From assembly GCA_965644295.1 (NCBI GenBank), contig CBFFRP010000089.1:62001-126000 (forward strand): 64,000 nt of DNA. The letters run 5' to 3'. Of the stretch, positions 23,710 to 37,753 are shown in pieces. Each line of letters starts with the position of its first letter. Positions within the stretch are counted from its first letter, which is position 1. Under the pieces are notes generated by a model. It was not told the origin of the DNA and ran no database searches. It worked only from the letters and a program-made list of their open reading frames with translations. This DNA is from Paraphysomonas bandaiensis (taxonomy: Eukaryota > Protista > Chrysophyceae). The translations under genes and the position numbers were made by a program.

Positions 23710-24426
23710 GAGGGATGCGTATCAATTAATTGTCAATTATAATTGCAATTACTACTTGTCTCAATTTCAATTATTACAATATTATATTAACTAAAAACTA
23801 CGTTACCTGTCAATAGAGCTACTCCAACAACTGTCATTTCATTTCAGAGGCAACGGTGCATGCTAATCAGTCATAACAATCTTAGCTCTACTGAAAACCT
23901 TTCCACAAAAGAAAAAGAAACCAGTGATACGCTTGCGGTGAAATACGCTCACCATATTTATCCATCGCACCACCACATAGCTGGGCAGTAAAAACTATAT
24001 CTTTTCATCCATCGTGTTTGATGGCATACTGCAACAGCTTGCTCCACCCATAACCCTTCTTTCGCTTCAGAATACTTTTCAGAACACTCTATATTATCAT
24101 TTATTTTCTCAAACAACACTTGTGCGATGACTTCTGGTACCAGTTTATCGCTCATATCACCAATTAATTAAATGAATAATAATAAGTAAGATAATCCTAT
24201 AGATATTATAGTCTTTCATCAATCGTCGAATTTATTGTAAGAATTGGATTTTCGAAATAAAAATGCCGTTTATAACAACTTTCAGTGTAAAATATGGCAT
24301 TTTTTATCAATTAATTGCAATTAATTGACAATTAACTGATGCAAGCTGGAGTCAATATAATTGCAAGTATCCCAAGTTCAATCACTGCAATTTCAATAAT
24401 TGACAATTAATTGATACGCAGCCCTG
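23710..24426 (-). mobile_element. Non-autonomous hAT element (717 bp)
   Basis: TIR GAGGGATGCGTATCAATTAATTGTCAATTA / revcomp CAGGGCTGCGTATCAATTAATTGTCAATTA. TSD ATAGTTAC/ATAGTTAT. Minus-strand remnant VER..FSRAKIVMTD near 23865-23905. Confidence 0.85.
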
Positions 24427-24741
24427 ATAGTTATAAAGGAAGTATATTCATGAATATGTCATGAATTGTTAAATTAATAATTATTATAATTATTCTCTGT
24501 TGAAAGTAGGTTGTGTGCAACAAAGCAAGCTGTTTAAGGCTTACTTTGGGATATATTTAACGTTCAATTCCAACAGTCGTTATGTAAAGAGAAAGCTCTA
24601 TTGATTCTCATTTGATGCCCTCTCATAGACATATTGATTACACATAGAAACAAAACTACTATTGAAAGCCTAATTTACGCAGGTTAAAAACTTAGTGCAT
24701 CTTTACAACGTACAATTCCACGAAATATAAGTACTTTCTCC

Positions 24742-27700
24742 TTAAAATATACCCCACTTCTGAGCATTTTTTCTCATTTTCTCCTTGTGGGCTTGAGAAT
24801 TGGCTTTGTATTTCTTCGCTTCAATTCCAAAATCTTCCATTTTTTTATTGAGTCTGTTTATTCTCTCGCCCCTTTCTTCAAAGTTCTGCCGCGTTTCATC
24901 TAAGGTCACCTTTGTGCGCGCAGCTGTTGATGACGCGTTTCGAGCCTCATCTCTCGATATTTTGTATCCTTCTTCTTCGCCTTTCACTTTATCGTTTTTC
25001 CGAGAATTAAAAAGCTCATCTTTTTGATGTTGCTCGTAGGTTTTGGCAAACAGCTTATCCAGGTCAACCGGGGAGCCCATGAGAAAACTAGCTCTTCTCT
25101 TACTTTTCCCCTTGTTTCCTACACTCTCAGACTCTCTCTGTACGTTCATTAGCTGTGCTGAGTCCGGTGGGCTCCACATGGTAGATGCCCGGGATGGGGT
25201 GGCAGCGGTTGGTAAATACTCCGAATTTAACGGGGCCGCGGAGAATATCATGTTGCCGCTACATCCAATAAAGGTATTCCCGTTCGCAAGGATATATGCC
25301 GAGTGTACATTGTATGGCTCGGTCATTACCTGGGGTAGTGCATCAAATCGACTTATCCCATGACCGCTCTGTAAAGAAAGAAAGTACATGTCTGCGGTTT
25401 CATCAACGCATGCGAGAGCACAAAGAGGTGAAGTCCAGAAGCGAGTTGCGTCTTCAATGTAAGATACCACAGAAGCAGTAACAATTGGGGCAGCAGCTAC
25501 GGGACGTGAATAAACCCCACCACATCCAGGTAGACTCAAACCAGTAGGAGTGGATCGACAAAACTGTGCGATCTCACATCTGCGCATTGACTTACCTTGC
25601 ACAAAGACGACGTACTTTGGAGCCGTTATGGGAGGAGGATCAGTGGGCTTTGTGTGGGGTGGCGCGGCATAAGTATCAGAGGAATTGCGTTTGAACTTTT
25701 TCATAAAGGACGACGCAGGAGGTGCGGAGGATATGGGAGCGCCACTCTTTCCACCCGATCCAGTAGAGCTTGCGGAGTCGTGTGCCGACACAGACGTCGG
25801 CTTTGACTTGGAGCCATCACCACACTTGGGAACATCAGTTATGACCTCAAACTTTGAGTTAATGACACACGCAAAAGGGACCCCATATTCAGTATCGTCA
25901 TCATCATCCGTGTCGTATACACAAGAAGAGACGGCCATAACCTCAAGACTAGATGAATGAAGTACAGCGACGTGACCTGATGCATACACTACATACACGC
26001 CGGGCTGAAGGTCGACATCCTTCCAATACGGCGCATGAAACATATAAAGTACACTACCACTCGCCCCGATGTGTTCTAACGCATTCACTCGCACAAGATC
26101 TGAGCTGTCCCAATTACATTTGGCAAACACAGCACCGTCACGTGTTCCAACAAATAATTCAGCACCAGCTCCACCCACCACGGCACATGTGACAGACTGG
26201 TTCACAGTGCTCCGCAACCGTTCTTGGGCAGATTTAGTATCAGGACTAGTTTGATCTGTATCCCACACTACCACACCACCACTATCATCTCCACATATGA
26301 GAAGCGAACCAGAATAACTGATGTACGTCACTTCTGCGTTCCCACACTTCAGAGCGGTAAGTGGGACCCAACAATTCCCCCTCGAGCAATCACCACTGTT
26401 TCGGGGTGGCAGACACACGCCCCATGCTATTATACTCCTATACAAAATATTACCGATACACATACCACAGTATATACATACGCACCCGTCAGCATGACCC
26501 ACAAACACAACGTCCATAGCATCTGTGTCTCCCCGCTCACCACTGGCAAGAGTTAGCTCCCAGGTTGCAGCAGTTTCTGCCAGTGTCTCAAAGTTGGTCA
26601 ACGTTACACACACGTCCTTAAAGAAATCACGGGCAGACAGACGCCGGGTAGAATTTCGGCTAGTGCTCGTTCTAGAACTCAAAAGTGCACCAGGTGCCTC
26701 GTCATCAGAGTCCGATCCCTCAGGTGGTTGGCAAACAGCTGGTGCTGGAACACTATCGCTGGACCGCTCCATCGAAGTAAACGCTGAAGCCAACGACGAA
26801 GAGGGGAGACAGGCCGAAATAAACTACATATTGCACAATACGTTATTAAAGAGTTCGTAATACAAAGAGCAGACTACCGTGACAGGGGCCTTTCCAGGAA
26901 GAACCTCCAGAGCGGGTCGGGGATCAGGAAGGATTCCCATCTCCAACTCCCATTCTGACACATTCCCAACCGGACACCTCATTACCATCAATTCACGAAT
27001 AAATTCACGATCCTCACACTCGCTCTCAGTTAAAAGCAGCAAGCCTGGAACCGCAGCTATCCGATTCGATGAGTTTGGAACGATAAATTGCAGCCAAAAG
27101 TACTCACCAGGCGAACTAGACTCTTTGTCCCAGGTAGGGGCTAGACGAAATCCCACGACCTCAGCGTTTGGTAGTGGCGGCACAGTAAATATTGTTTTCA
27201 TGTCTCCTGCACATGGACAATCACGTTATCAAATTGATAGTACGGCATCACTCCTACCGTGAGAAGATGGAAGCAAAGCAACGATGACACTCTTGGCATG
27301 ATCCATATCTGCCCCAAGGGATCCTAAAAGCAAACCAGTGCAGATCATGCCGCATGTCATAATTCACAGGAAAGTACATACCTATGAGCACGAAGAGGCA
27401 TCCTTCTTGCGTTGGTGACAGCGGCGGCATCCAATGCATCTTTCGCACTATCATAGTTTCATCTGCCCGAACATCATCATCACTGCCATCATCCTCCATC
27501 ATCTCAGATCGCGTATTCCAAACCGTGACGGAAGAAACTTTATCCAACCCTAATACGAGTACATCTCCAAGTCGAGTTCCAGCAAACAACATGTCGCCGT
27601 TGTGATTAAAAGCAGCTGTTGTAATTCCAGCGGTCTTGTAAACCCGATAACTTCTTCGTTTAGCTAAGTCATACACTACCACCGCCCCTACAGACTCGTC

Positions 27701-28615
27701 ATCCACTCCATCATACGCAATCAGTAGGTACTTCTCATCCTACAAAAACAGAAAGAATTAGAATAAAATGTTCAGCATATATTGGAATAAAAAGTAGTTC
27801 AAGGTATCGGTACGCTAAAGAAAAGTCGCAACAACAATCACCTTCGGGCATATCTGCAGGTCTGAGACAGCCATGTGCCCCCCAACTCCAGCATCTGAAC
27901 AGGTAATACAGTACTCGACTTCCCTAAATTCTGGAAGCACCTGAAGTACACGTACATACCCTTCTGTTGTTCCCAAATAAGCGTAATGTCTGGGGTGATA
28001 TTCATCAATGTGAATAGTAGTGATGTCGCCACACGCCTCATTTAGCCAGGAAGCAGGCAGGTGGTGAGAAAGGGTAAGGCTTGGGATCATAAACACAGAT
28101 AGAGAGTTGTCTGCAAACCTGACCAATATATTCTCATCGTACGCCGAAACAATGTGCGTGATGTCCATCTGTTCAGCAGCGGGTTGAACGTATTGGAACC
28201 CGTCACCATAAGCATACAGCGCCCCACACTCCGTGCCCATTACGATTAGACCCTGCACAGCAAAACATCAATGACCACAACAATAATTGACTTAGGATAG
28301 TATTACAGTAGGGTGATGATAAAGTACAACGTTTGCATCTGGCGGCCATCCCTTCCCGCCGCCCAACTCCACATCAAAAGACAATTCACTACATATCATA
28401 TGAGATATCAGCCGCAATAAGACTCCGAGCAGTTACATCAGTTTCTCTTCAACTATTTCATCTTCAACACTCTCTACTTTACTATTAGACGCACTCGTCG
28501 CTTCAACAACCGACTCATTAGAAGATTTGGTATCATTGTGTCTCTCTGCGGGTGTGTGTTTAGGCTCTAGAGGCCCTTTACCTGGACGCTGTTGTCCGCC
28601 TGGTTTATTTCCCAT
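24742..28615 (-). CDS. Tomosyn/Lgl (STXBP5/Sro7-like) WD40 protein with C-terminal R-SNARE-like coil
   Basis: Multi-exon WD40-like beta-rich protein (YHHPT|GLIVMGTECGALYAYG; DLQICPK|DEKYLLIAY; AAFNHNGDMLFAGTRLGDV). C-terminus LDETRQNFEERGERINRLNKKMEDF matches the tomosyn-type R-SNARE motif. N-terminal MG. Confidence 0.82.
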
Positions 28616-29218
28616 AATCTCACTCGATTAGATGTTCGACAGGTATATGATAATGTGGAGTAGTGTTATGGTGGTTGTATGACGGGGTATTGTCGAGTAA
28701 GAGTGTATGTGTGGGGAGGAGTATACTGATCTATGAATGATATTGACAGAGGAGCGAGTTCATGTGCTGCTCATGCTCATGTACAGCAGTACAAGTACAT
28801 ACATAGTACACAGTACTGTCTGTACATACACGTTCTACAGCAGTACAAGGGATGCCTGTATATACAGTATCCCATCAGCAACATTTCATATCGACACTTG
28901 TTTTTGTCCATATCAACATACAAAAAAAAGGTACAAGAATTATGTGTAAGATGGAATATACTTAATTCTCCGATTTTCTATTTCTTTAGTGTCAAAATTA
29001 CCTTCTTTGTGATATCCACAGTAAAAAACTAATAATGTCATGGTTTTGCAAGTTTAGAGTCTGGCATTTTATATAAATATTAGGTATTTTGTGGTCGTGT
29101 CATACTCCTGTATGTCGAAGACAACAAGCAGTGTACCTTGTGCAGTGAGGTGTGTCATGAGTGCTACATTATCAGCATCAGCTCTATCGTGAATGTGCGA
29201 TAGATAGTATAGAACACT

Positions 29219-32200
29219 ATGGTTAGTGTTGTTTCATTTATGTTTCATGTATTGCTCATAGCTGGTGTTGTTACTCTCACTGTAAACTGTGACGATGACA
29301 TCGAAACAGAGATACCGAAAACAACAAGAAATGAGTTCAATCAGTTCTTGTCCTCGATGCCTAATGGAGTATTGAGTGCTCCTTTAGAAGATGAAGAGAT
29401 ATTACTCGACTTGATTGATGCGTATAGTCGAGAGAAGAGCAATATATTTCCATATGAAATGTTCCATGTGCATGAGAGAGAGGCCAGTGCATGGTATTCG
29501 GATATTGAAGTTGATGTCCACACTGGTGTGGCTTTTCTTGGATTTCCAGATAATACACTTCCTCGATTTCGTGAGCTCTGGTTTAATGAGCTTATGCGAT
29601 CAGATAAGTTAGTTGGTTTAGTGGGAACCGCTGATGATATTATGCATGCGCCTGGTCGTGTCAGTGTCAAGCACCACTTTCATTTAGTAGATACTAGTTT
29701 TCATGCTGACGATGCTATCCAGAAGTACATAAGTAAAATTGCTAGAAAATCAGGGGACGACTTTGGCGCAGAATATTATATTAATGCGTGGGAAATGGAA
29801 CATGCCCTCCAATCGATGAAGGACATTATTCTCCGCCCTAACCATGGGCGTGGTGACGTAAAGGAGAAACCTTCTGTCATGATATTTGTCCTGAACCTAG
29901 CTGGAATACTGGATGGGGCCTCTTACACCTACGTAAATGGGTTTTCCCCTGGCGATATGGAGCTTCTTCGTCAATGCCCCGAATGTCGTGAGCTTGCTGG
30001 TCAGGTACTCCGCAGTCTTCCTGCTTCCACTAGGCGAGTGGTGGACGCAAACTCCACTCACCTGTCTCTTGGTGATCCGGTATCTCTTAAAGATTTAGAG
30101 CCAGCAGCTCCTGCTCCTGTTGAACCGAATTCATGGGACTATTGGGCGAATGAAGATCAGCAGCCAGAGAAAGAGCACGACGGAAAATTTGAGGTAAACG
30201 AAGTCCGCTCGAGTAAAGCGTGGGCTAGATCTTTTGTGGATAGTATGGACCGCAGTGAATATGTAAGATTTTGTTATTGTGTACGTATCTGAATTAATCA
30301 GTGTTTTCTAGAGTTTGGAGAAGCGAGTGCTGAACATACTCCGTAATAACAATGATGACCCTGTGTATGATATATACCGCCACGAACTCGCTCGTAGTAT
30401 AATTACTCGTGATTCTATGATCACGGATGTTCTTCCTCCTAATTCTTCAGGGAAAAAAACTTTTAGTAGTCATTGCACAGCGGGAACGTGGGCTGGGAGT
30501 TTGGGAAGTGTGTGGTTGGATCTTCAGGCAATTGAAGGTGAGGTGTTATTTCAAAGTATTTAGTGGTAAAGTACAAATGCAGATGCGCCTGTAGCGGATC
30601 GTGGAGGACTTCTGCATGCACATAATGTATCTCAGTGGAAAACTGCCCTTAGTGCGGATGAGCTTCAGAAACAGGGAAGCACAACTAATGCGCAAGGGTC
30701 CGACTTCCGCCCTCAGGAGAGTGCACAGGAGCTTGACGGTCTTCGTCGATCTCTGTCGCAGCATTTATCACATTGCAATACCCTATTAGAGCATCTACAC
30801 TGCTCTCACATACGGTCAGTTTCTGAGTTCTCTGTTTCTGCTCCTGCTGCCACCCGTTTGCAGCATTTTGTTGAAATCGCGGCTGTTGTTAGTGATAACG
30901 TCGAAAGCGGAGAATTACATGATCACTGTGCTATTCTAATTCTCCAAAAAGCTTTGGTGGAGATTGTTCTGGAGGTGTCCGCGCACCTGGAAGTCTTAAT
31001 TTCGGATAGTCTTTCTGCACAACATAACCAGGAGTGGGATGTATACTACAACGATGCAATAAACTTCCACAATAGGATACTTTCCGAAGCACTCGAGGTT
31101 TCGAATATGTTTGTTGGAAAAGGCCACTTTTCCAGGCTTGGGTTTGCCTCGGAGGAAACTAACCACGCTGTGGCACGTCTGGCGAATATTGTATTGCGGA
31201 CAACTCGACAACTAGTGTCACGCCCTGTGGACCTTCATCCGGCCCGCCAGTTGTTCAATTCTCCGCGACACGGTACGCTATACATTGTTAACCTATACTC
31301 GACCCAATATATGTTCACAGAATGGACACCTCCATCTCAGGCAGTAAAAATTGCAAAGACTGGTGGGCCTGCCAGTGATATTATGGACACTATTCATGCT
31401 TCACTCGCTGCTTCTCGCTATTCTTACAGTCTACCGTCTGGGAGTGACAAAGAAGAAAACCACGAAGACTGGAGAGTTATGCTTCCACCAGTATATATTC
31501 CAAAGCACATCGATGTCGAGGTCTTCGTTCTCGTCGCACAGGATTCCTATTCGCCCATTGGTATGGAAATTTTTATTGGTGCTTTATATAATGGAATTAT
31601 GGCTTACAGATGACATGGAGGGCTTCAATATGAGAATGTTTTCTGCACAAATCGAACGGTTAAAGCTCCCCAATCAGATGATGACCATCACTGTTCATTC
31701 GATATCTGCTCAAGAGGAACCGTCCGTGTACCTGGGCATATCCAGTTGTCGTCGATATAGCACTCAGCATGGCCTTGGAGAACATATGCATCACCTCTCC
31801 AGCGACTGCATTTGGCGGCACCTCCAGCACTCGGACGAGGTGGCAGAGAGTCTACACGAGGATAGTGGAATAAATGAGAAGTATCCGAATAAACAGCACC
31901 TGGTATGATTCCTGTGATTTGTACCCATATATGTATTGTGTAATGGAGACCGTAGGCTGTGTTTTTGATTTCGGTGGATTATGGGGATCCCATTTATTTG
32001 TCAAGCGAGGGGGACGATGTGCTGCATCAATCCGTTGCTTTCGGAGATTCTATCTTACTGGTACAAAACCCACACACCGCAGTGCCAGGTGGATACACGT
32101 GTCGGGGCAGACCAGTATATACGTCGCTTCGAAATCCTCTTGGTGTGGCACTGGAGTCAGTTGGCAGTGCAATATTAGGCCTGTCCGGAGGAGATGAATC

Positions 32201-32865
32201 TATAAACCCACTCTCCGGTGTTGGAGCGAAGCAGTCTAGCCATGATAGAACAGCACTGTCCTGTGGATCCTCCCCTTTCTTCAGAGGAACAGCGGGTGCG
32301 AGCCCGCAGTTCAGTGAATTTGACTTGGTATGCGCGTGATACTGTAGCAACTGTTTGAATTTTATTATATGTTTTAGATAAACGGACAGCGAATGCGAAT
32401 ATTACGCTCTATTGACTACATCGCCGATCTTGCCAATAGGAACTACATGGATATCGCTTATCATAGAGAGTACCGCCTGGGTGACGAAGACACACATGAA
32501 TTCATCACGAAGGTTTGATATGAATTTGACAACATGCTAGACTAGTGTTTTAAACAGAATTTTGTTCTGGTTAGGCTATCGAAGCTGTGCATGATTTTGA
32601 CTGGGCTAGAGCTGCTGCAATATCGAACTCGCTGCTGAAGAGTGTGGACAGCCACCGAGGAATTGTTGATGAATTTCTTAAACGCAATCTGAATTTTGCT
32701 GGTAGAGACGAAACTGCAAAAGCTACAAATGAAGTGTCTGGCACTTCTGCTGAGGCATGGAAGTTATTATTTGTATTGATAGCATCGACTGTAGGCTCGG
32801 GAGTAGTCACGTATGGCCTGTTGATTGTATTTAGTGTTGTTCTTCAGCAGACGAAACGGAAATAA
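29219..32865 (+). CDS. Large type-I membrane protein of unknown function (signal peptide, C-terminal TM helix)
   Basis: Hydrophobic N-terminus MVSVVSFMFHVLLIAGVVTLTVNC, several exons, TM LLFVLIASTVGSGVVTYGLLIVFSVVL plus basic tail. YTCRG..VYTSLRNP...CGSSPF recalls the plant At5g58100-like family (from memory, unverified). Confidence 0.7.
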
Positions 32866-32969
32866 TAATGTTATTAATGTTACGCTGTTGTTGCTCATGC
32901 AAGAACGATTGTAAGAATTGGACTGTGTTTGTGCATTAATATTACCACAATCATACTATATATATGTAT

Positions 32970-33080
32970 CAGGGCCTGGTAACCTTTAATGGTAATGCCA
33001 TTATAATTGCCGGGACATTTTTCATTAATGCCATTATAATTGACGGGAACTGGACTACCATTAATGGTTACCAGGCCCTG
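32970..33080. mobile_element. 111-bp hAT-type MITE
   Basis: 25-bp TIR CAGGGCCTGGTAACC(T/A)TTAATGGTA. Exact 8-bp TSD ATATGTAT. Internal direct repeat TAATGCCATTATAATTG(C/A)CGGGA x2. Confidence 0.92.
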
Positions 33081-33612
33081 ATATGTATTACTTTACTAGA
33101 ATTAGTACGAACTACTGCAATATGCAATGTAAGCAAAGTAAATTTTCTGGTTATGAGAATGTGGTGGTGTACACTTTCGCAATGAATGAACTCTAATGAG
33201 TGTAGTATGTAGGACACGTTATTAATGATTACCCGATCCAGCATTCCGTTGGTGTTAGGTGAACTATTGAATACGTGATAAGGAGTACACTAAATACTTG
33301 GTTATTTTTTTGTGAGTATTAGTATTAGAAGACGTCAAATTTTACATTTTGAGGCCCTTGTCCTACCTCTTCTAGGCATGAGTGGATTTCAATAGGTATA
33401 TAGTGGTTAAAGTGTAAAGGAATAGTGCTTCCAGATGGCTATATATATCAAATGATGACTACACTCAACGCGCTAGGCACTCTGCTTCTAAGGATACAAT
33501 AGTGGTATCTTAGCTAGGTCGAGTAAAGGGAGCATAAGCATTGTTAGAATTATTATAGTCAGCCAATGTCATCAAAATAATAGCTTCAACACTACCAACA
33601 CAGGGTATGTAT

Positions 33613-34051
33613 CTAGGACGCTTGCTGCTTCTGCTGTCTGCGCATCATTGCTTCCCTCTCAGTCTGGGTCATAATGCCATACTTTGCTTTGAATGCCTTT
33701 GTTTCAGCGTCTTTAGTCTTCAGATTATTTTCTAGAGTTTCAGTAATTTGAGCTATCTGTTAATTTAACAGTTATGTAGCAATGCATATGAAGTCATTAA
33801 CGTACCCCTTCAGCATTCCGCGTAACTGTCGGTAAAACTTCACCGACAGTTCTTTCAACGAGAACACCCCCTACTAACCGAAACGCCTTTCTTTCGGGCT
33901 CTAGTTTCGACAGAGTATCAATCACAAGTCGATGTTCGTCTTTCTCCAGGGTTAACTCTTGCAGCTTAGCAGATATTTGTTGGCACTCGGCATTCATCTG
34001 TTTGTACCTGTTCACAATTTCTTCCGGGTTCTGATCGTTAAATGCAGCCAT
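33613..34051 (-). CDS. PFDN2: Prefoldin subunit 2
   Basis: ISAKLQELTLEKDEHRLVIDTL...RKAFRLVGGVLVERTVGEVLP. One intron. Ends FKAKYGIMTQTEREAMMRRQQKQQAS-stop. Confidence 0.93.
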
Positions 34052-34302
34052 ATTTCTGAAAAATCTGGCTAACACACTCTGCGGAACTTTACAGGCTTCA
34101 GATGTATATAATGCCCAGTCTAGTTACTATTATCTCTATCAGTACATGTCTGCTCTATGCATTCACGCACTGCTCCATAAAAAACACAACCACTGACTAT
34201 GCGGTATACACATACACACAGCAGCAGTGTATTCCCTCTGTATTTTATGACAAACCATGACAAAAAAAACATACCTACACACACAGAGTACGAGCACGAA
34301 CT

Positions 34303-34328
34303 GAAAAAATATTAAAAAGAGACAAAAA
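34303..34328 (-). terminator. Pol III oligo-T terminator of the 5S gene
   Basis: Minus strand TTTTT immediately after the 5S 3' end, with two further T-runs. Confidence 0.75.
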
Positions 34329-34446
34329 CGGACAGTACCCGGACTTCGCACGTGGTCACCCACCGTACTACTAACCGGGCCAGATGCAACTTAACTTCCG
34401 CGAGCGGAACGAGAGCGGGTGCGGTTTGCATTGTATGACCGTCCAT
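34328..34446 (-). rRNA. 5S ribosomal RNA gene (119 nt)
   Basis: Minus strand ATGGACGGTCATAC...CACCCGCTCTCGTTCCGCTCGCGGAAGTTAAG...GGCCCGGTTAGTAGTACGGTGGGTGACCACGTGCGAAGTCCGGGTACTGTCCGT. Terminal stem pairs, box A/C present, followed by T-runs. Confidence 0.96.
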
Positions 34447-34706
34447 ACCGACTAGACCTGATTTTACATATAGAAATACAGTATTCCATGGTATTTGTAC
34501 ATAATATACTGTAGGGATACAGTATACTGCTGTATAATATGCAATCACTGTAATCTCAGTTTGTTGCGCTGTTTGATACACATGCATAACAAGCAGTCAG
34601 TCAACTCTGCCTATATCGCCTATATCGCCTATACTAGTCGAAAAACTTAGAGAGCTTTTGAAGCACTGTTGTTTTAGAAATACTATAGCAATTTTTCTTT
34701 TTACTG

Positions 34707-35069
34707 ATGACAGAAGAAGCTAAAATTACAGTTGCCGCGGCAAAACGCAGCCCGAATGATTTCTTAAAACAAGTTCTTGGCAGGCCTGTTGTTGTGAAAT
34801 TAAATTCTGGCGTAGAGTATCGCGGTATGTGGTTGGTTTATTCCCTATCCGTAATGTCACATATTAGCGGTAGGTATATTGGCTTGTCTGGATGGGTTCA
34901 TGAACATTGCAATGGAGCAAACAGAGGAGTATGAAGACGGACACCTGAAAGCTCGTTATGGGGACTGTTTCATCCGTGGAAACAATGGTACTCATTATTA
35001 TGATAAATTATTCTGGTGTAATGATTTTGTATAGTTCTATTTATAAGCACCGCCAAAACGAGGAGATAG
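34707..35069 (+). CDS. LSM6: U6 snRNA-associated Sm-like protein LSm6
   Basis: SPNDFLKQVLGRPVVVKLNSGVEYRG|ILACLDGFMNIAMEQTEEY...YGDCFIRGNN|VLFIS. Two introns. Confidence 0.95.
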
Positions 35070-36573
35070 TGTAGCGATGTCAGTGAAGGTTCCATCTCTG
35101 AGGTCGCTTTTCAGTTGCGCAATCGACCCAGTAGTGCGTAATAATCATAGCTTGTAGTTAACAGTGACTTCAAAGATAATTTTAATTAATTCGTTACATA
35201 TGTCATACTTTGTCGCAATCGATTGTTGTTAAGCTATTACCGCTGTGGCATTACATCGCCAAACATGTTGAGTAATCATTCTTATCTCTTACTATCGTTT
35301 ATTCGCTCAAGTATCACACAAGCTCGATTAAATGTCAACCCGGAAATATATACCAATCAACCATCAGTTTTCTACTTACATGTACTAGGTACTAGGAACA
35401 ACAAGGTACAGGGTGTATACGTTTATACAATTTTATTTTACTAGTACTTCGTCGTCTACATTCACGCTGCATTGATCGTTACATTAGTCGTTACGGTTGA
35501 CTCTACTCCTAGCAACTCTAGCAATGTACAAAGTGAGAAATATGTTGTAAGTTATATCCCCAATGTTATGATGCTATTCTTACTTTTGTACAATAAAAAT
35601 ATGCAACTGTAAACTGTAAATACGACTAGTTGAGATCGAAACGTGTAGAATAGGAGTCATGGTTTAATATGGTTGCTGTTCTGCATTTATTACCATTTCC
35701 ACAGTATAGAAGAATGCGCTACTTATTGATATCTGTGCTCAGTTGAGGACCGTACACTCTCGAATTCATTAATTGAAATTTAGTGAGAAGTTACTTATTA
35801 TTTGTACATGGTCTATCACTTTTCGTATTTACCCGTCGTGCTATTCATCATGAATTTAATGACATAGCATATCACCAATATATTAACAAAATCATGACTA
35901 TAACTAGTACGATAATTATGTAGAAGCGAAATAGGTAAGCACTCTCACACTCTTAATATTGCAGGCGAAATAATATACACTATGAACGTGTCACTATGCG
36001 TATTTTCTCTGAAGAAATATTGCTCCAAATATATATGTCCCTACTACTGTTACTATGATTAGTATTAATTTGTGGAGTTCGAAATCTCTCAGTAAACTCT
36101 TTCGATAGTAATCAATAACAACACCGTCCAGTCATTGAACAGCAGGGTTCAGTTACCAGGGAGACTGAGATATTTACTTTCTGCGGACATGATAGTAGGA
36201 AGAGAGTAGCTGCTCATACATCTAGACGCATGCTCCACATGATTCATATTCAAAATCCATTTAAAGTACATGTCAAGCTCTCTATACTGCACTTCAGAGA
36301 CTAGCTATATGATGATTCCTTTGTACAGGTTTGTAGATATTGATAGGCGCTTTTCAGGAATTTATGTACTGTTTTATAGGGTATTCTGATTTCTTACCTA
36401 TTTTGAACCAAAAAAACTACTATATATCGGCGATTTTGATGATCATATACAGCAGTATATGGTATATACAGGAACAGTGGATAGGCAGGTGATACCAGGT
36501 AGAGAGGAGCGAGGTGTTCTGCTGACATACTTTACGATAACAGGCACACTACTCTGTTGTTTGGTTGATTCTT

Positions 36574-37753
36574 ATGGGCGACACCATGAGCGGGACGGAA
36601 TGGAGTTTTGTTAAATATCACGGTCTCGGCAATGACTTCATTATGATCGATCACCGGCACACAGAGGCTCTTATGATATCTCATCAGCAGAGTGCAGCGC
36701 TGTGTGATAGACGACGCGGAGTAGGCGCTGATGGGGTCATATTTGCTCTTCCGGGATCGAATGTATGGCCCTTATGCATTCATAGAGCAGCGGTAGTGCT
36801 CATTTTGTCCTGTAGGGGTGCAAGTATACTATGAAGATGCACAATGCAGATGGATCTGAAGCCGAAATGTGTGGTGCGATATGACTTGTCCATGCTAATC
36901 ATGTCGATTAAATTTAGAATAGGTAACGGAATACGGTGCTTAGCCCTGTTTTTAAAGGATTTGGAGAAATTGGAGAGCGAGGAGGATATAACTTTTGACA
37001 TTTGGACACTTGCTGGAAGAATGGTAGTGCAGGTGAGCACATGTAAAGGTGCTTAGATTATATAAAGTGGATATCCCTAATGAAACACTACAATTTAAAT
37101 TGCGCTGTATTGAATTTTTTTTTTATCGTTAGATTGATTTACATGGCATGATCACCGTGGATATGGGTACACCGAAACTCAACCCGTGGAGTAAAAAGAC
37201 AGATATTTTTATAGACAGCTGCTGTAGTTTCCCCACGCATTTATGTCATGGTGAATATGCTGTAACGGATGTATCCATGGGTAATCCTCATGCTGTGAGT
37301 TCTTCGGCTTTACGCATATCTTATGTAACCATGCCTGTTTCATTAGGTTGTGTTTGTTCCTAGACTTGAGGCGTTTCTGCCCATATTTGAAAACGAAGGT
37401 CGTGCCCTTAGTGAGCACAACATATTTCCCGATGGTGCGAACGCAGAATTTGTGCAGGTGCTTTGAATAAAATGATTAATATATAGGGTAGCAGTGATGT
37501 CGTGGTGTAGGTTCATTCTAGACAACACATTGAGCTTGTCGTGTGGGAGCGTGGATCAGGCCGTACACTGGCTTGTGGTACAGGGGCTTGCGCTGCGGTA
37601 GTTGCTGCCGTAGTCAGGGGGTACGTCGATCGAACCTGCAGAGTCACCCTTCCAGGAGGTGATCTCGACATACACTGGAAAAATGAGGACAGCCACGTGT
37701 ACATGAAGGGCCCAGCGGTTGAAGTTTTCCGAGGATCGCTAAAAATACAGTAA
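36574..37753 (+). CDS. dapF: Diaminopimelate epimerase
   Basis: [70 protein letters not shown]. Both catalytic Cys are present. Five introns. Confidence 0.95.
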
